From the NCBI GenBank assembly GCA_963662465.1, contig OY759599.1:7168001-7232000 (forward strand): a stretch of 64,000 nucleotides of DNA, in the 5' to 3' direction. Each line of letters starts with the position of its first letter. Position 1 is the stretch's first letter. This DNA comes from Desulfatiglandales bacterium. GTDB taxonomy: Bacteria > Desulfobacterota > DSM-4660 > Desulfatiglandales > Desulfatiglandaceae. A program made the translations under genes and the position numbers. The notes beneath the pieces were generated by a model. The model was not told where the DNA came from. It saw only the letters and a program-made list of their open reading frames with translations, and made no database searches. This document shows positions 48,766-60,628 of this stretch, in pieces.

Positions 48766-51700
48766 TTAAAACGCGAACGATAAGTTGTAATCTGACTTTT
48801 CTCTGCTGAGTTGTTTATTGACGGCTTCATTAATTTCCTGAATGGTTTGAGCGCAGAAATGAATTTTGTTATCCTGAAAGTTGCCGAGCATCCGTATCCC
48901 TTTGGGATCGAGAAAATAAATGTTCTGTTCTTTTTCTTCGATCACCCAGAGGATAAAATCGGGATAAAAAGAAGCGCTTTCGACGAAAAAGCCGATGCCT
49001 CGCTGTGAAAGGTTTCGTAAAATAAATATTTCTTTGCCTTTCAACCGGTCAGCTATGGATATCAGATAGGCTTTCAGGTGTTTCAAAAATCTTGTTTCTC
49101 CTTCGTTCAGCTTTACGGGAATGGTTTTAATGGATTGATATTTCTTTCCTTTTCTCCAAACATTTCTTTCCAAACAGGATGATAGGCTTTCAGGTGTTTC
49201 AAAAATCTTGTTTCTCCTTCGTTCAGCTTTACGGGAATGGTTTTAATGGATTGATATTTCTTTCCTTTTCTCCAAACAGCGATGGGGGAATACAGGTGAT
49301 GGTCAAAATGAAGGGTCGGAATGGCATCCACATCCTGTTGGTAGAATTTTTCAATATCTTTCAGCATTAATGCCATTTCGGCGGCATATTCCACAGGCGC
49401 TTTTACAACCATCCTTTGATTTTCAGGGAAAAGTTCTGGATAATTGGCGGCCGTGAGCAGGTGAGGGGAAATATGTCGTGTCAGGAAGTCTTTTTCTTGA
49501 TCCGCATAATATTTGTTCACGTAATCTTTAAGCACATTCCCGGCAATGTCACTCACTTTTCCAGCGACTGCCTCCAGCATACCGAATTGACCTTCATGGC
49601 TTAATATCCTGTAGCCGGGACTTCTTAAAATTTCTTTCAGCCTTTCTTTGCGTATCATCAGGTTTGAATATCCGCGCAACAACTTATACCGGTTGGTTTC
49701 GAGAAACAGGGCATTGAAATCGATGAATTCAAAGAATTTGTAGAGTAGATTATCAGTATAGGGTTCCCCTTCTTCCGCTGCCTGGTTATTGAAACCATAG
49801 GCTGCAACGTTTATTTTTGTGCGGAGGTCCACTGTGATTCGTTTCAGGATATTGACGTTCACTTTTAAATCCAAAGTAGTGTCTTTGAATCTGTGCTTTT
49901 CGGCTGTTTTAAAAGTCAGCACTTTGCCATTCCAGTCGTCTTCTTTATTAAAGTGTATCTTGATATCAAAATCCCGATAGTCCGGCGTCTCCTTTTCGAT
50001 GCTTTTCAGAAAATGATTCATATAGGAGGCATTCAGCCCGAAAATTGAAATGCTTTGGAGGGTCCGCAGGTAATAAGGGGCGGAAGCGTTTTCCCGCTTT
50101 AGAGACAGGTCTTTTCCTTTTAATCGAACCCCTCTGCCGAAGAGTTGAATGATTTGAGGACCTTCCTTTAAACCCATGTTCAACAACCCCATGCTGGACA
50201 CTCGCCATGAGTTCCAGCCTTCAATGAATTTCTTGGAGCCGATGAGAATATTGACCGTCGAAGCGGAGCTCGATATATCGTGGAAAAGGGGTTCGCTGAA
50301 ATTATCGTCCTTTACCTGTAAGCCGTTGCCTCCGCCTTCCTGCAATTTTTTTATGAATTTGGAAACATCGCCGATATTGATAACGGCAAAATACGTCTCT
50401 CCCATATGGGTTTTCAAGCCGATTTCACCATCCGCACGTTTGATTTGAAAGGCTTCCAAACCGCCGGCGCCATGAAAAACCCTGGTTAAAATTTCCGAAA
50501 CTTCGGGTTTAATTTGCTTCAGAGACAGAAAGCGGTTTTTGAAGATATCTTCCCCATCCGCATTGACAAGGTTTGCCCTACCTTCAAGGATACTGTCAAT
50601 ATCGGTTTGTAGATCTCCGGGCGATGATAGGGCATATTGAAAATAGCGAATAATGCGTGTGACATCTGAGATGTTCTGTTGGTCCGTTTGGGTAAGACTT
50701 GAGGATCGGTTGCCGATGACCTTGCTGCCTACGAAAACCCACAAGGGTCTTTCAATGTTGTATGCCAGAAGTTCGTTTCGGTGTTTTTCAAACAACGACA
50801 ATTGTTCGTAGAATCCCAGTAAACCGGCTGTCAACAGGAGCCTGGTTTGCGCTTCGCTGTAGTCGTTTTTAGCTTCGATGTTGTAAACCGCAAAATCTTT
50901 GCCATAGCCGTCCGAATAGAAATAGCGGTATGAATAGTCGAAAATAATGGTTTTGCCGTATTCGTTCAACAAATCTGCTGTGCGGTTGGTAATGATTTGA
51001 CCAAAGGTCGCTGAATATTCAAACGTAAAGGATCCGTTCCCTCTGGTAAGATGTTCTCTGAGTGATTTCCATGTTTTTTCTTCCGACCGTTGCCCTTTGT
51101 GTCCCTCATCGATGAAAACAAGATTCTTTGATTCGGAAAAATAATCCACGTCGATACTGACGCCTTCTCCCTCCTTGTCCTTGACCAGCTTGGTGATTTC
51201 AAGAATCAGCACCTGACCGTTTTCGGTTTTGAGACTTTCTTCGCTGCCGGAATAAAGTTTTGCATTGATTCCGCTCTTTTTGAAACTGTCATAATGCTGT
51301 CGGCTCAAACCCTCGTTGGGCGTTATGAGAAGGATATTTTCCGCTTCCTTGAAGTATTTCCGGGTCTGCCGGTAATTACAGTGCATGATCAGGGTTTTGC
51401 CGCTGCCTGTCGCCATCCAGTAGGCCAGTTTTTTCAGGTCATCTTCAGCAAAATCCGTGATTCGGCTGAAATCCTCATCTGAATTCTTGAATGCATTCAA
51501 CGAAAGGATAAAAGAATCTTTATTTGACGTTATTTGCTCAAAGTAGAATTCAGTAAAAAGTAGGGCAAAATATTGGAAATATTTAAACGTAAAGAAAGGT
51601 TCGCTTCTGTTTTGACGCAATCGATCTTCATAGCTTTTGATGGCTTCATCATAGTGGAGCAGCGTCCGATCGTCGACGACCTTTGGTTTTCCGAGAATTG

Positions 51701-51839
51701 ATCCGATATAATAGCTGCGTCCGGTGGCATCATAGCCGGATTTCATAGTATTGAAACCGTCGTGCAGGTCTTCCAAATCATCAAAACCGAATTGATTCAG
51801 GATGTATCGAAAGAGTACGAGTTGTTTGCTGAGCCGCAT
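48766..51839 (-). pseudogene. Type III restriction enzyme Res subunit, frameshifted by a duplication and truncated by the outer TIR
   Basis: WMATGSGKT, IDEGH, EYSATF, QLFGRGVR; the nuclease motif FYPDFILW...LDPKG lies in the shifted frame 48766..49173. Confidence 0.85.
49065..49278. repeat. 98-bp direct duplication with 18-bp spacer (period 116)
   Basis: 49065-49162 identical to 49181-49278. Confidence 0.9.
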
Positions 51840-52703
51840 TGTCAGGAGACCATCCTGTTTTTAAAGACTTCTTCCGTGGGGAGGTAACCTTCAAAATGGG
51901 CCTGCCCGTTTATGTATAGGAGATCATAACTGAAGGATGCCAGTTCCTTCTTGAGGACCTGAGCGTCGCTTTTATAATCTTCAAGATGCCAGTCTTTGAT
52001 GTTTCGCCAGACTGCCAGAATATGTTTGTTGCCGTTGTCGTTGCCGTAAACAAACTGATACCGTTTGTCGTTGATTTCTTTGGTAATGCATTTTTGCATA
52101 TGAAGGCCGATCAGATAGTTGAAAGTTTCCAGGATATCAATTGCCTGTTCAGTATCGTAGGTGAAACCGTCCCAGACTCTCAACTTATAGTTCCAGGGGT
52201 CGAACATGGCTTCAATGTTAACAAAGGTCTGACTGTCGCGGGTTTCAAACTCCAGGAAATATTTGGGTATGTAGTCTTCAAGTGCGAGGGTTTTTTGAAG
52301 GGTTGCGTCATCCTTATCAAAAGCAATGTTTTCCAGGGCTTCTTCATATTGTTCCAAGCGTTGGTATTTGAAAAAGATGCCGAGCCCATTCATGCTTTGG
52401 TTTTTAGGTTTGCCTTCTTTCCAGTCGAAAGTGTAGGCGATTTTTTTGATGCGGGGGATGATTACTGTGTACACATAGTTGTCTTGTTCAATAAGGATGC
52501 ATATTCTTTTCTGTTGATCGTCCTGGTTAAGTTTAAGTACCGCATCAAATGTAGTTCCGGAACCAGGAAAAAAATCAAGGATTATTGCTGGTGTTTCAAT
52601 TGCGCCGGAGGCCCTTATACAGTCAAGAACCAGTTTCCTCGCTTTTGGAAAGTCGAATGCTTTGTTCCCAAAAAGCTCTTTCAATTCGGCAGCGCCATAA
52701 TTG

Positions 52704-54646
52704 GAGGGGTTTGCGCTGTGCTTAAGTCTCTGGTATCCTGGAGGGATTTGGCAGTGTCAAAAAAACATTACCCCAAAAAAAAGATGGGTGGGCATCCTGA
52801 AATCAAGCACTTAGCTAGATCGAGTCGGAATTTTCCATTTTTTCACCCCAAGCGAAAGAACTTGTCGGAATACCTTGATTTTAATACAAAATATTGTACA
52901 ATGCCTTCATCAGATAACAGGATAGAGTGTTTCTTTAAATATTTGATGGAGGCCGAAACTTGGCAGCAGTGAGTCCGTTTCTTTTTTCGTGGAATGATGT
53001 CGAAGCACGCTCGGATTTGGACCGTTTCTATCTGGTGCGCGATAATCTGCCTGATGAGAATATTGTAGCGGCACTTGAAAAGCGTCGCGGCAATGGGAGA
53101 GATGATTTTCCGATACGCGCAATGTGGAACGCGCTTATTGCGGGAGTCGTGTTCCAGCATGCATCCATTGAATCTTTGATTCGCGAATTGTCCAGGAATC
53201 CGGCGTTATTAGAGGCATGCGGATTTGATATTCTGCCGAGGCAAAAAAAACCGGTAGCTGAACTGAGACGCAATGAGGAAACGGGCCGAATGGAAATCAT
53301 ACGGTCTGAGAGCGGAAATGCATATTTTTTGGTTCCAGGTAGTTGGAATTTCTCAAGATTTTTAAGGAGCGTCATAGAACTGGAAGAATATGGTAATATG
53401 GTCAGCGGCATGGTGCGTGGGCTTCGAGAATCCTTAATGACAGAACTCCCTGATTTTGGTTGTCATTTAGGGTATGACGGCAAGGCTATCAACAGTTATA
53501 GTACGGGACAAGAAAGCCGGAAAACCGGTGAAACCTCCGATACGGATGCAGATTGGGGCAAGCATGAAACGAAAGGGACAGACAGTAAAACCGGAAAGCA
53601 GTGGACAAAAGTAAAAAGCTGGTTTGGATATGGCCTTCATTTGATCGCTGATACCCTATATGAAATTCCGGTGGCAGTTCATGTAACACCTGCCTCGCAT
53701 TCGGAACACAAGGAACTGCGAAGCATGATCAAAGAAATTTTTGAGGAAACACCGCAGCTTGGCGAGCGCTGTGATGATTTTGTGGCGGACCGTGGTTTGG
53801 ATTCCGGCAAAACTAAGGCTCAGCTGTTGGATGAATATGGGATTCGGCCCGGCATTGATACCCGTGAACTGTGGAGAGATGAAAAGAATGAGCCGGGATA
53901 CGATCCTGCAAAACCGATCACACGACCTCTTTATCCTGACCGGGCAGATACCATTGTGTATACTGAGAAAGGGACAGTCCATTGTATTTGTCCGGCTACT
54001 GGAGAACAGCGGGACATGGCTTTTTGTGGCTTTGAAAAAAATCGCAATACCCTGAAATATCGTTGTCCCGCAGCTGCAAACGGCTTTTCCTGTGAAGGAT
54101 GTGGAGAGTGTTCATCTGCGGGGCAAGTTAATCCCGGAGATTATGGGCGAATTGTCAGAATAAATATCACTGAGGAAGATCGGCGAATCTTCACACCCAT
54201 TCCCTATGGTACGCAGGGTTGGGACCGAGCGTATAATCGGCGTTCTTCTTTGGAGAGAATCAACAGTCGGATCGATAATGATTTTGGTTTTGAGAAACAT
54301 TACATACGCGGCCAAGCCAAAATGCAAACAAGAGTTTGCTTGGCCACCGCCGTAATGATGGCAATGGCCCTTGGTCATGTAAGGGCTGGCCGTATTGAGC
54401 AAATGCGCTCCCTTGTACGGCCAATAGCCAGAGCCGCCTAATCCAATTTATTTAAAATAGTTATAAATAAATGATTTAATTTAAAGTTAAAGGGATTAGC
54501 ATGTCCAATTATCGGGTTTTTGGGGTATGTCTTTGGAAACCATAATATTCTGCTGCCATGTCGCCCTCTCAGACCTCGCGCCCGCGTTTTTTTGGGGCCC
54601 AGAACACCCCCGGTACGGCACAAAAACGGTACAGCGCAAACCTCTC
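52704..54646 (+). mobile_element. Insertion sequence (IS1182/IS5-like) with 18-bp TIRs and 6-bp TSD
   Basis: GAGGGGTTTGCGCTGTGC / GTACAGCGCAAACCTCTC; TAATTG duplicated at 52698-52703 and 54647-54652. Confidence 0.9.
52960..54441 (+). CDS. DDE transposase (DUF772-type N-terminus)
   Basis: GRDDFP..AM, YDGK, WFGYGLHLI, ADRGLDS, Y.RRSSLERINS; TTG start with RBS GGAGG. Confidence 0.9.
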   Translation: MAAVSPFLFSWNDVEARSDLDRFYLVRDNLPDENIVAALEKRRGNGRDDFPIRAMWNALIAGVVFQHASIESLIRELSRNPALLEACGFDILPRQKKPVAELRRNEETGRMEIIRSESGNAYFLVPGSWNFSRFLRSVIELEEYGNMVSGMVRGLRESLMTELPDFGCHLGYDGKAINSYSTGQESRKTGETSDTDADWGKHETKGTDSKTGKQWTKVKSWFGYGLHLIADTLYEIPVAVHVTPASHSEHKELRSMIKEIFEETPQLGERCDDFVADRGLDSGKTKAQLLDEYGIRPGIDTRELWRDEKNEPGYDPAKPITRPLYPDRADTIVYTEKGTVHCICPATGEQRDMAFCGFEKNRNTLKYRCPAAANGFSCEGCGECSSAGQVNPGDYGRIVRINITEEDRRIFTPIPYGTQGWDRAYNRRSSLERINSRIDNDFGFEKHYIRGQAKMQTRVCLATAVMMAMALGHVRAGRIEQMRSLVRPIARAA

Positions 54647-56967
54647 TAATTGGCTGACGCGTATCCTTTTTTATCCCACCATGTTATAGGGAGCGAATTT
54701 TCATCCATGCGTGTTTTGAAGTCTATATTTATTTCGCCGTTCACTGAACGTCTTACGCGAAAATCGTCTAATTCATGTGGTACCCGTTTATGTCCTCTTT
54801 GCCAATTTTTCTCAATTGCGGTACTTCCATTTTTGACCATTGGAAGCACAATTAGCTCATTATGTGAGGGAGATTCCAGTAGTTTGTATTCGCCATCTTT
54901 ATCGTCCCACTCCATGCGTGGAATTCTAATGGAATTCTTCTCATCAACGAATATTGGGTAAAACAGTTTCGGGCGATCCTCCCTTTTGTCGTTACTTCCA
55001 GATCGAATAAAATTAGCCCATGCATAATGTCCTTTGTCATCCTTTTTTGGATAACGCCCTAATCTCTTTTCTGTTATTTCCAGTGACGAAGGGACTGAGT
55101 GGTTTGATTTTCCGAAAAATAAGGCATATTCATGTGCTGGTGCAAATTTTCCTTTTGTTTTCCTGCCCGCGGGATTTGAGCGAACAACTGCAATCCCCAC
55201 TTGTTTATTGAATAATCCAGATAGAATTGACCTGAGGCCTGAAACTTCTTCATCATCAATTGCGACACAAATAATCCCGCTTTCTTTCATTAGTGAATGT
55301 GCGATTTTGGTACGCTCGGCCATAAGGCAAAAAAAACAGGAATCTTTATAATCATTTTTATACAGTATCGAGGATGCATCAGTATTATAAGGTGGGTCGA
55401 CATAAACAGTTTGAGCTGAAGCATTAAATTTTTCTTGAAGTATCATCAGACCATGAAAATTATCCGAGTGAATGACCAGGCCATCTGTGTTTTCTTCCAG
55501 ATCGATTTCTTCGGATAGCGCGTTTAGGAGTCGCCATTTAAAATCCTCATCGAAATGAACCGTATCAATAGGCAATTTCTTCCAGGCATAGAGATCCTGT
55601 TTTAAGCTTGAAACCTTTTCATCGGAGGGGATGTTTTCTTCTCCGAAAAGGTCTGCCCATTCTTGTTGCTGCTTTTCGTTTTTCAGCGTTTCTTCCAGAA
55701 AAGGTTGGGCTGAGGTTTCTCCCAGCCATCCCACCAGTTTGTCGATGGTAATGACCCATTCCGTATTCAGCACAAATTTTTTCTTCTCCCACAGTTTTTT
55801 CTGAAATTCTTCAATCTGGGATAGGAAATCGATGATGGTATCGGCAATGTTTTTGAATACCTTGATGGTTTTGAAATTGCGGCGAACATTTTCAAAATGC
55901 TCTTCCGTTTCCAGAACATAGAGATCATTTACATTGACCAGTTCGCTTTTGATGTAATAGTCAAGTTCACGTTGTAGAAAGCCCTTGAGATTTTTATGGA
56001 TAAAAAAATCGTAGTTGTTTTTTCGAGTGTAGTGATGGAGTTTTTTTAAGAGTAGCGTTTGTTCATTTTCCGCGACCCAAAGGGCGGCTGTTGCAGGCTC
56101 TTTTCTTAGTTTTGATTCAAGAACTCCCGCAGCCTTCTCATTGAGTTTGTCCTGTTTCTTTTGTGGGCCGATTTCTTTTTTTTCTTTTTCATTGAGTGGG
56201 CGGTATTCAAAAAATACATTCAGTTCGCTGTCGTTCAGTTCAGGCGCCTTTTCCGACAAAACAAAATATCTGTTGTTAGCGCCTTTGACGTTTCCTTGTT
56301 CCGTGGATGCATCTGTAAGCTTGAATGAAACGACAAAATTGTTTATGAGCCCTGGTGCTTTAAAGGCATATTTTCGAAATGTTTCGGATGATTTGATGTA
56401 ATACTGGTCATGATTAGCCCAATAAAAATGAACTTCTTCCCCATTGTAGGGCACCATGTATTTTTCATTTTTACCGAACCGGCGTTTGCTGATAAAATCG
56501 CCTTTGTCGTAATAGCGGGAAAAGAAAAGCGTTAAGTGGTTGTAGATGATTTCTTCCGTGTTTCTCTCGGCCCGGGCCGAATCAATTTGAAATTTCAGCT
56601 TTTTGTATTTCAGGATGTCCTCTTTGAAATCCTCTTCATACATCTCTAATCGGTTTGTTTGATGACTTGCCTTAGCTTCAAGCCATTTTTTGATATGCTG
56701 AATTTCTTCCAACTCGGCCAGCTCATTTTCAAGATCAAGAACCGTCGAATTTTCCAGGGAGATAAGCTGTCCGGCCACCCTGTCAACCAGTAATTCGTCG
56801 ATAAAACGTTTGATTTCCCTGCGTTTGTAGTGAAGAATTTTATAAATACCAAAATCAAGGTCCTGGCTTTCAAACTGAAACAGACGGTTTAGAAAGGCTT
56901 TAAGTTGTTCCAGTGCATTGCTGTTTTCCGGCATGTTCTTTTTCTCTCAAAGAGTTGATAAGGTTTT

Positions 56968-58314
56968 TCAGTATAGCTTTCGTACTTTCTCCATAAACAG
57001 CCGTTCTATCTTTTTCAAGCGTTTTTCACTTTCGGCTTCAAAACGGAGAACCAGTGCCGGCTGGGTATTGGAAGCCCTGATGAGTCCCCAGCCGCCGTCC
57101 AGGAGGACCCTGGCGCCGTCCAGGTCGATGACCTTATGGTCTCTTCTGAATTGGTCGGCAACGGCGGTTACGATGCCGAATTTTTTGTGGTCAGGGCATT
57201 CCATGCGGATTTCAGGGGTGTTTACCAAACTCGGAAGACCCTTCAGAAGCGCCCCCAATCCCTCATTCGTCTTTGAAAGGATTTCCAGCAGTCTTGCTCC
57301 GGCGTAGATGGCGTCATCATAGCCGAAATATCGTTCTCCAAAGAAAATATGCCCGCTCAATTCGCCCGCCAGGAGGGCTTTTTCTTCCTGCATCTTGCTC
57401 TTGGTGAGGGAGTGCCCGGATTTCCACATGATGGGATTTCCCCCGTGGGTCTTGATGTCGTCAAATAACGCCTGGGAGCATTTCACGTCTCCGATGATCT
57501 TGGCGCCGGCATGCCGCGTCAACAGGTCCCGGGAGAAGATCATCATCAAATGGTCCGCGGCAATAATGTGTCCCTCCCGGTCCACCACTCCGATTCTGTC
57601 TCCGTCTCCATCAAAGGCGATGCCGAGATCTGCTGTTTTTTTGCGAACCCTTTTGATGAGCCATTGCAGATTTTCCGGTAGGGTGGGATCGGGATGGTGG
57701 TTTGGAAATCGGCCGTCCGGTTCACAGAAAAGGGGATGGACCTCAAAGCCCAGACGGCGGTAGATTTCAACTGCCGAGGGTCCGGCAACGCCGTTTCCGC
57801 CGTCCACCACGACACTTCGTATTACGGGTCCCGGTTGAATGTTTCCGGCCATATATTGGATATAGGATGCGTCCACCGAGGTTTTAAGAAGCTTGCCCTT
57901 TGCGGTTATAAAGTCGTCTAATTCAGCGATTTTTCTGATTTTCTGGATTTCTTCCCCATAAACGGATTGATGTCCCAGACAGATTTTAAAGCCATTGAAT
58001 TCCGGCGGGTTGTGGCTGCCGGTGATCTGTATGCCGCCATCCACATGGAGATGATGCAGGGAAAAATAGAGCATTGGGGTGGGGACCATGCCCACGTCTA
58101 CAATGGCCATGCCCGATTCCAGAAGACCTCGTGAAAGCCATGTGATCAGATCCGGAGAGCTGAGCCTGCAATCCCGACCCAGCGATATCCGCCGGGCGTT
58201 CTTTTCCTGAAAATAAGTTCCGAGGGCCAGTCCCAGACGATAAATATCCTTTTCGTTCAATTCTTCGGGAAAAACGCCCCGGATATCGTATTCCCTGAAA
58301 ATGTGCGGAATCAC
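56968..58314 (-). CDS. Phosphomannomutase/phosphoglucomutase (AlgC-type)
   Basis: IFREYDIRG, TGSHNP, FDGDGDR, GELSGH, RASNT; GTG start overlaps the manC stop. Confidence 0.93.
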   Translation of the reverse strand: MIPHIFREYDIRGVFPEELNEKDIYRLGLALGTYFQEKNARRISLGRDCRLSSPDLITWLSRGLLESGMAIVDVGMVPTPMLYFSLHHLHVDGGIQITGSHNPPEFNGFKICLGHQSVYGEEIQKIRKIAELDDFITAKGKLLKTSVDASYIQYMAGNIQPGPVIRSVVVDGGNGVAGPSAVEIYRRLGFEVHPLFCEPDGRFPNHHPDPTLPENLQWLIKRVRKKTADLGIAFDGDGDRIGVVDREGHIIAADHLMMIFSRDLLTRHAGAKIIGDVKCSQALFDDIKTHGGNPIMWKSGHSLTKSKMQEEKALLAGELSGHIFFGERYFGYDDAIYAGARLLEILSKTNEGLGALLKGLPSLVNTPEIRMECPDHKKFGIVTAVADQFRRDHKVIDLDGARVLLDGGWGLIRASNTQPALVLRFEAESEKRLKKIERLFMEKVRKLY

Positions 58315-59387
58315 AACAGTGTATCCTTTCCCATTTCTTTCAGCTTGTCCACGATTTTCCGAATATCCTGGGATTGATTGAGGTTGGCTACCAGCACTGT
58401 GTCCCCGGTATCTACCACCAGGCAGTCCGTGAGTCCCAGGCATGTCACCAACCGGTTTCCGGCGCTTCTGACGAAACTTTTTTCGCAGTCAATGAGGAGG
58501 GTTTCTCCTTCGGCCAGATTCCGGTTGCCGTCGCACTCGTCCGCTCTCAATTCATAAAGGGATTCCCATGACCCCACATCGCTCCAGCCGCATTCCGAGG
58601 GAATGACGAACACCGGTTGTCGGGTGTTTTCCATGATTCCGTAATCAAAGGAGATGCTTTTCAGGTTTTCATAGGCTGCCTTGAATTCCCCCTCAAAGCG
58701 ATCCGTACCCAGGGCTGCCCCAATCCGCTCAAGGCCTTTGTGCAGGTCCGGCAATTGTTTTTCAATTTCTTTCAGGATGGTCTCGGGTGTGGCCACGAAA
58801 ATGCCGGCGTTCCAGTAATAGTCGCCGCTTTTAAGATAAGCGTGGGCTTTTTCAAGGTCGGGCTTTTCAACGAAAGCTGAAACTCGGTAGGTATTTATGA
58901 TTCCTGAACCGGTTGTGTCCGGGGTCTTCCGGATGTATCCGTAACCGGTTTCAGGCCGCGTGGGTACGATTCCCAGCGTCACGATACCCCCTGCCGTTGC
59001 AAGTTCTCCAGCTGTCTTGAGATCCGCCAGAAAGGCTTTGGGGTTGCTGATGAAGTGATCCGCCGGCAGGAATGCCACCGGTTCCTCGTTTCTCAGATGT
59101 CGGGCGTAGAGAGCGCCCAGACCCATGCAGGGGGCCGTGTTTCGGCCCACGGGTTCCGCCAGCATATGAACGCCTCGGCCCTCAAAAAGCGCTGCGGCTT
59201 CTTCCTTGTGTTCTTTTCCCATGACCAGAATGACCTTGTCGTCATCAATTAAAGAGGAGAGCCGGTTGCAGGTATCCACCACCATGGGGCCCTTGCCCGT
59301 AATGTTTAAAAATTGCTTTGGCTGTTGCCTTCGACTTGCCGGCCAGAAACGTGTTCCGGAACCCCCGCACATGATCACTGCATGCAT
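58311..59387 (-). CDS. manC: Mannose-1-phosphate guanylyltransferase
   Basis: GGSGTRFWPASR..PKQF, EPVGRNTA, PETGYGYI, FVEKP, WSDVGSW. Confidence 0.92.
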   Translation of the reverse strand: MHAVIMCGGSGTRFWPASRRQQPKQFLNITGKGPMVVDTCNRLSSLIDDDKVILVMGKEHKEEAAALFEGRGVHMLAEPVGRNTAPCMGLGALYARHLRNEEPVAFLPADHFISNPKAFLADLKTAGELATAGGIVTLGIVPTRPETGYGYIRKTPDTTGSGIINTYRVSAFVEKPDLEKAHAYLKSGDYYWNAGIFVATPETILKEIEKQLPDLHKGLERIGAALGTDRFEGEFKAAYENLKSISFDYGIMENTRQPVFVIPSECGWSDVGSWESLYELRADECDGNRNLAEGETLLIDCEKSFVRSAGNRLVTCLGLTDCLVVDTGDTVLVANLNQSQDIRKIVDKLKEMGKDTLL

Positions 59388-59408
59388 GACATCCTCCTTA
59401 TCTTTAAA

Positions 59409-60614
59409 TCACGTTCGATAATTCGCATTGATGCTGATGTATTCGTGGGTGAGGTCGCTGGTGACCACATGTTCAAAGTGGGCGCCCTGATGAAGGTCAA
59501 TGCTGAGGGTGAATTCCTTTCGGGTCATTATCTCAGCTGCCTGTTTTTCAACCTCTACGCCGTTTCCGAGCCCGCTTGAGACAATCAGGATATCGTTGAT
59601 CCGGATATCAACGCACGTTTCATCCATTTCGATATCCGCCCGTCCAAGGGCTGCCATAATCCTTCCCCAATTGGGGTCCTGGCCGTAAAAGGCGGTTTTA
59701 ACAAGGCTGGAGTTGGCCACGGTCCGGGCCGCTTTCAGGGCGTCCTTGGCGGAAAAGGCGTTCCTTATTTCAATGTCCACCAGTTTAGTGGCGCCCTCTC
59801 CGTCTTTCACGATCATTCGCGCCAATTTTTCCATGACGCCGGTCAAGCCCTCCTTGAATTGCGCGTGATCCTTTTCGGACAGGGTTGTGTTACCGGCCAT
59901 TCCGTTGGCCAATATCAAAACCATATCGTTGGTGCTGGTATCTCCGTCCACCGTAATCCGATTAAAGGTCTTTTCCACGGAAGCTTGAAGGGCTTTTTGC
60001 AGATCGTCGGGCGCTGTTTGAATATCGGTTAGAATAAAACACAACATGGTGGCCATGTTCGGCATGATCATGCCGGCGCCTTTGGCAAATCCCACAATGC
60101 GGTAGGGGTGGTTGCCGGCCCGACCGTCAAAGCGGCTGGTTTTGGGGAAGGAGTCCGTGGTCATGATGGCCCGGGCCGCCATGGGAATGCCTTCAGGCGT
60201 CAAGGCTTCCTTCAATTTGGGAATCGCGTTTGAAATTTTGTCCATGTTTAGCTTTTGACCGATCACCCCCGTGGAAGCCACCAGGACGTTGTCCGGTGGA
60301 ATACCCAAGTATTGTCCCACAAGATCCGCTGTTCGCTCGGCATCCGCAAGTCCATGCGCGCCTGTGCAGGCATTGGCGTTTCCCGCATTGGCGATAATGG
60401 CCATCGCCGTTCCATTTTCAATGTTTTTCCGGCTGAGCATAATGGGAGCTGCTTTGACCTTGTTGGCGGTAAAGACCCCGGCTGCCGTTGCGGCCCTCTC
60501 CGACACAATCAATGCCAGATCGAGTCCATGGCCTTTTTTCAGCCCCGATGCTACCGCTGCCGCGGTGAACCCCTGTACCATCGGTATCTCTTTTTGTTCC
60601 ATCAGTTCGCTCAT
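59409..60614 (-). CDS. argJ: Bifunctional ornithine acetyltransferase/N-acetylglutamate synthase
   Basis: GNANA, STGVIG, IMTTD, KGAGMIMPNMATML, DTSTND, DGEGATK, DPNWGR. Confidence 0.96.
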   Translation of the reverse strand: MSELMEQKEIPMVQGFTAAAVASGLKKGHGLDLALIVSERAATAAGVFTANKVKAAPIMLSRKNIENGTAMAIIANAGNANACTGAHGLADAERTADLVGQYLGIPPDNVLVASTGVIGQKLNMDKISNAIPKLKEALTPEGIPMAARAIMTTDSFPKTSRFDGRAGNHPYRIVGFAKGAGMIMPNMATMLCFILTDIQTAPDDLQKALQASVEKTFNRITVDGDTSTNDMVLILANGMAGNTTLSEKDHAQFKEGLTGVMEKLARMIVKDGEGATKLVDIEIRNAFSAKDALKAARTVANSSLVKTAFYGQDPNWGRIMAALGRADIEMDETCVDIRINDILIVSSGLGNGVEVEKQAAEIMTRKEFTLSIDLHQGAHFEHVVTSDLTHEYISINANYRT

Positions 60615-60628
60615 TTTATTCCTCGGGC

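Larger units (their letters stand above)
44487..48786. mobile_element. Outer non-autonomous element bounded by perfect 22-bp TIRs (hosts IS1634 and IS91-like elements)
   Basis: AACTTATCGTTCGCGTTTTAAA at 44487-44508 and its reverse complement at 48765-48786. Confidence 0.65.
51842..56934 (-). pseudogene. Type III R-M Mod subunit (adenine MTase) interrupted by an IS
   Basis: DLDFGIY, YVDPPYN, LDFFPGSGTT; removing the IS rejoins GYASAN|YGAAELKELFG. Confidence 0.9.

Noticed and set aside
58315..58443. N-terminal extension of PMM/PGM
   Set aside because: Overlaps manC; the family start (IFREYDIRG) follows GTG 58314
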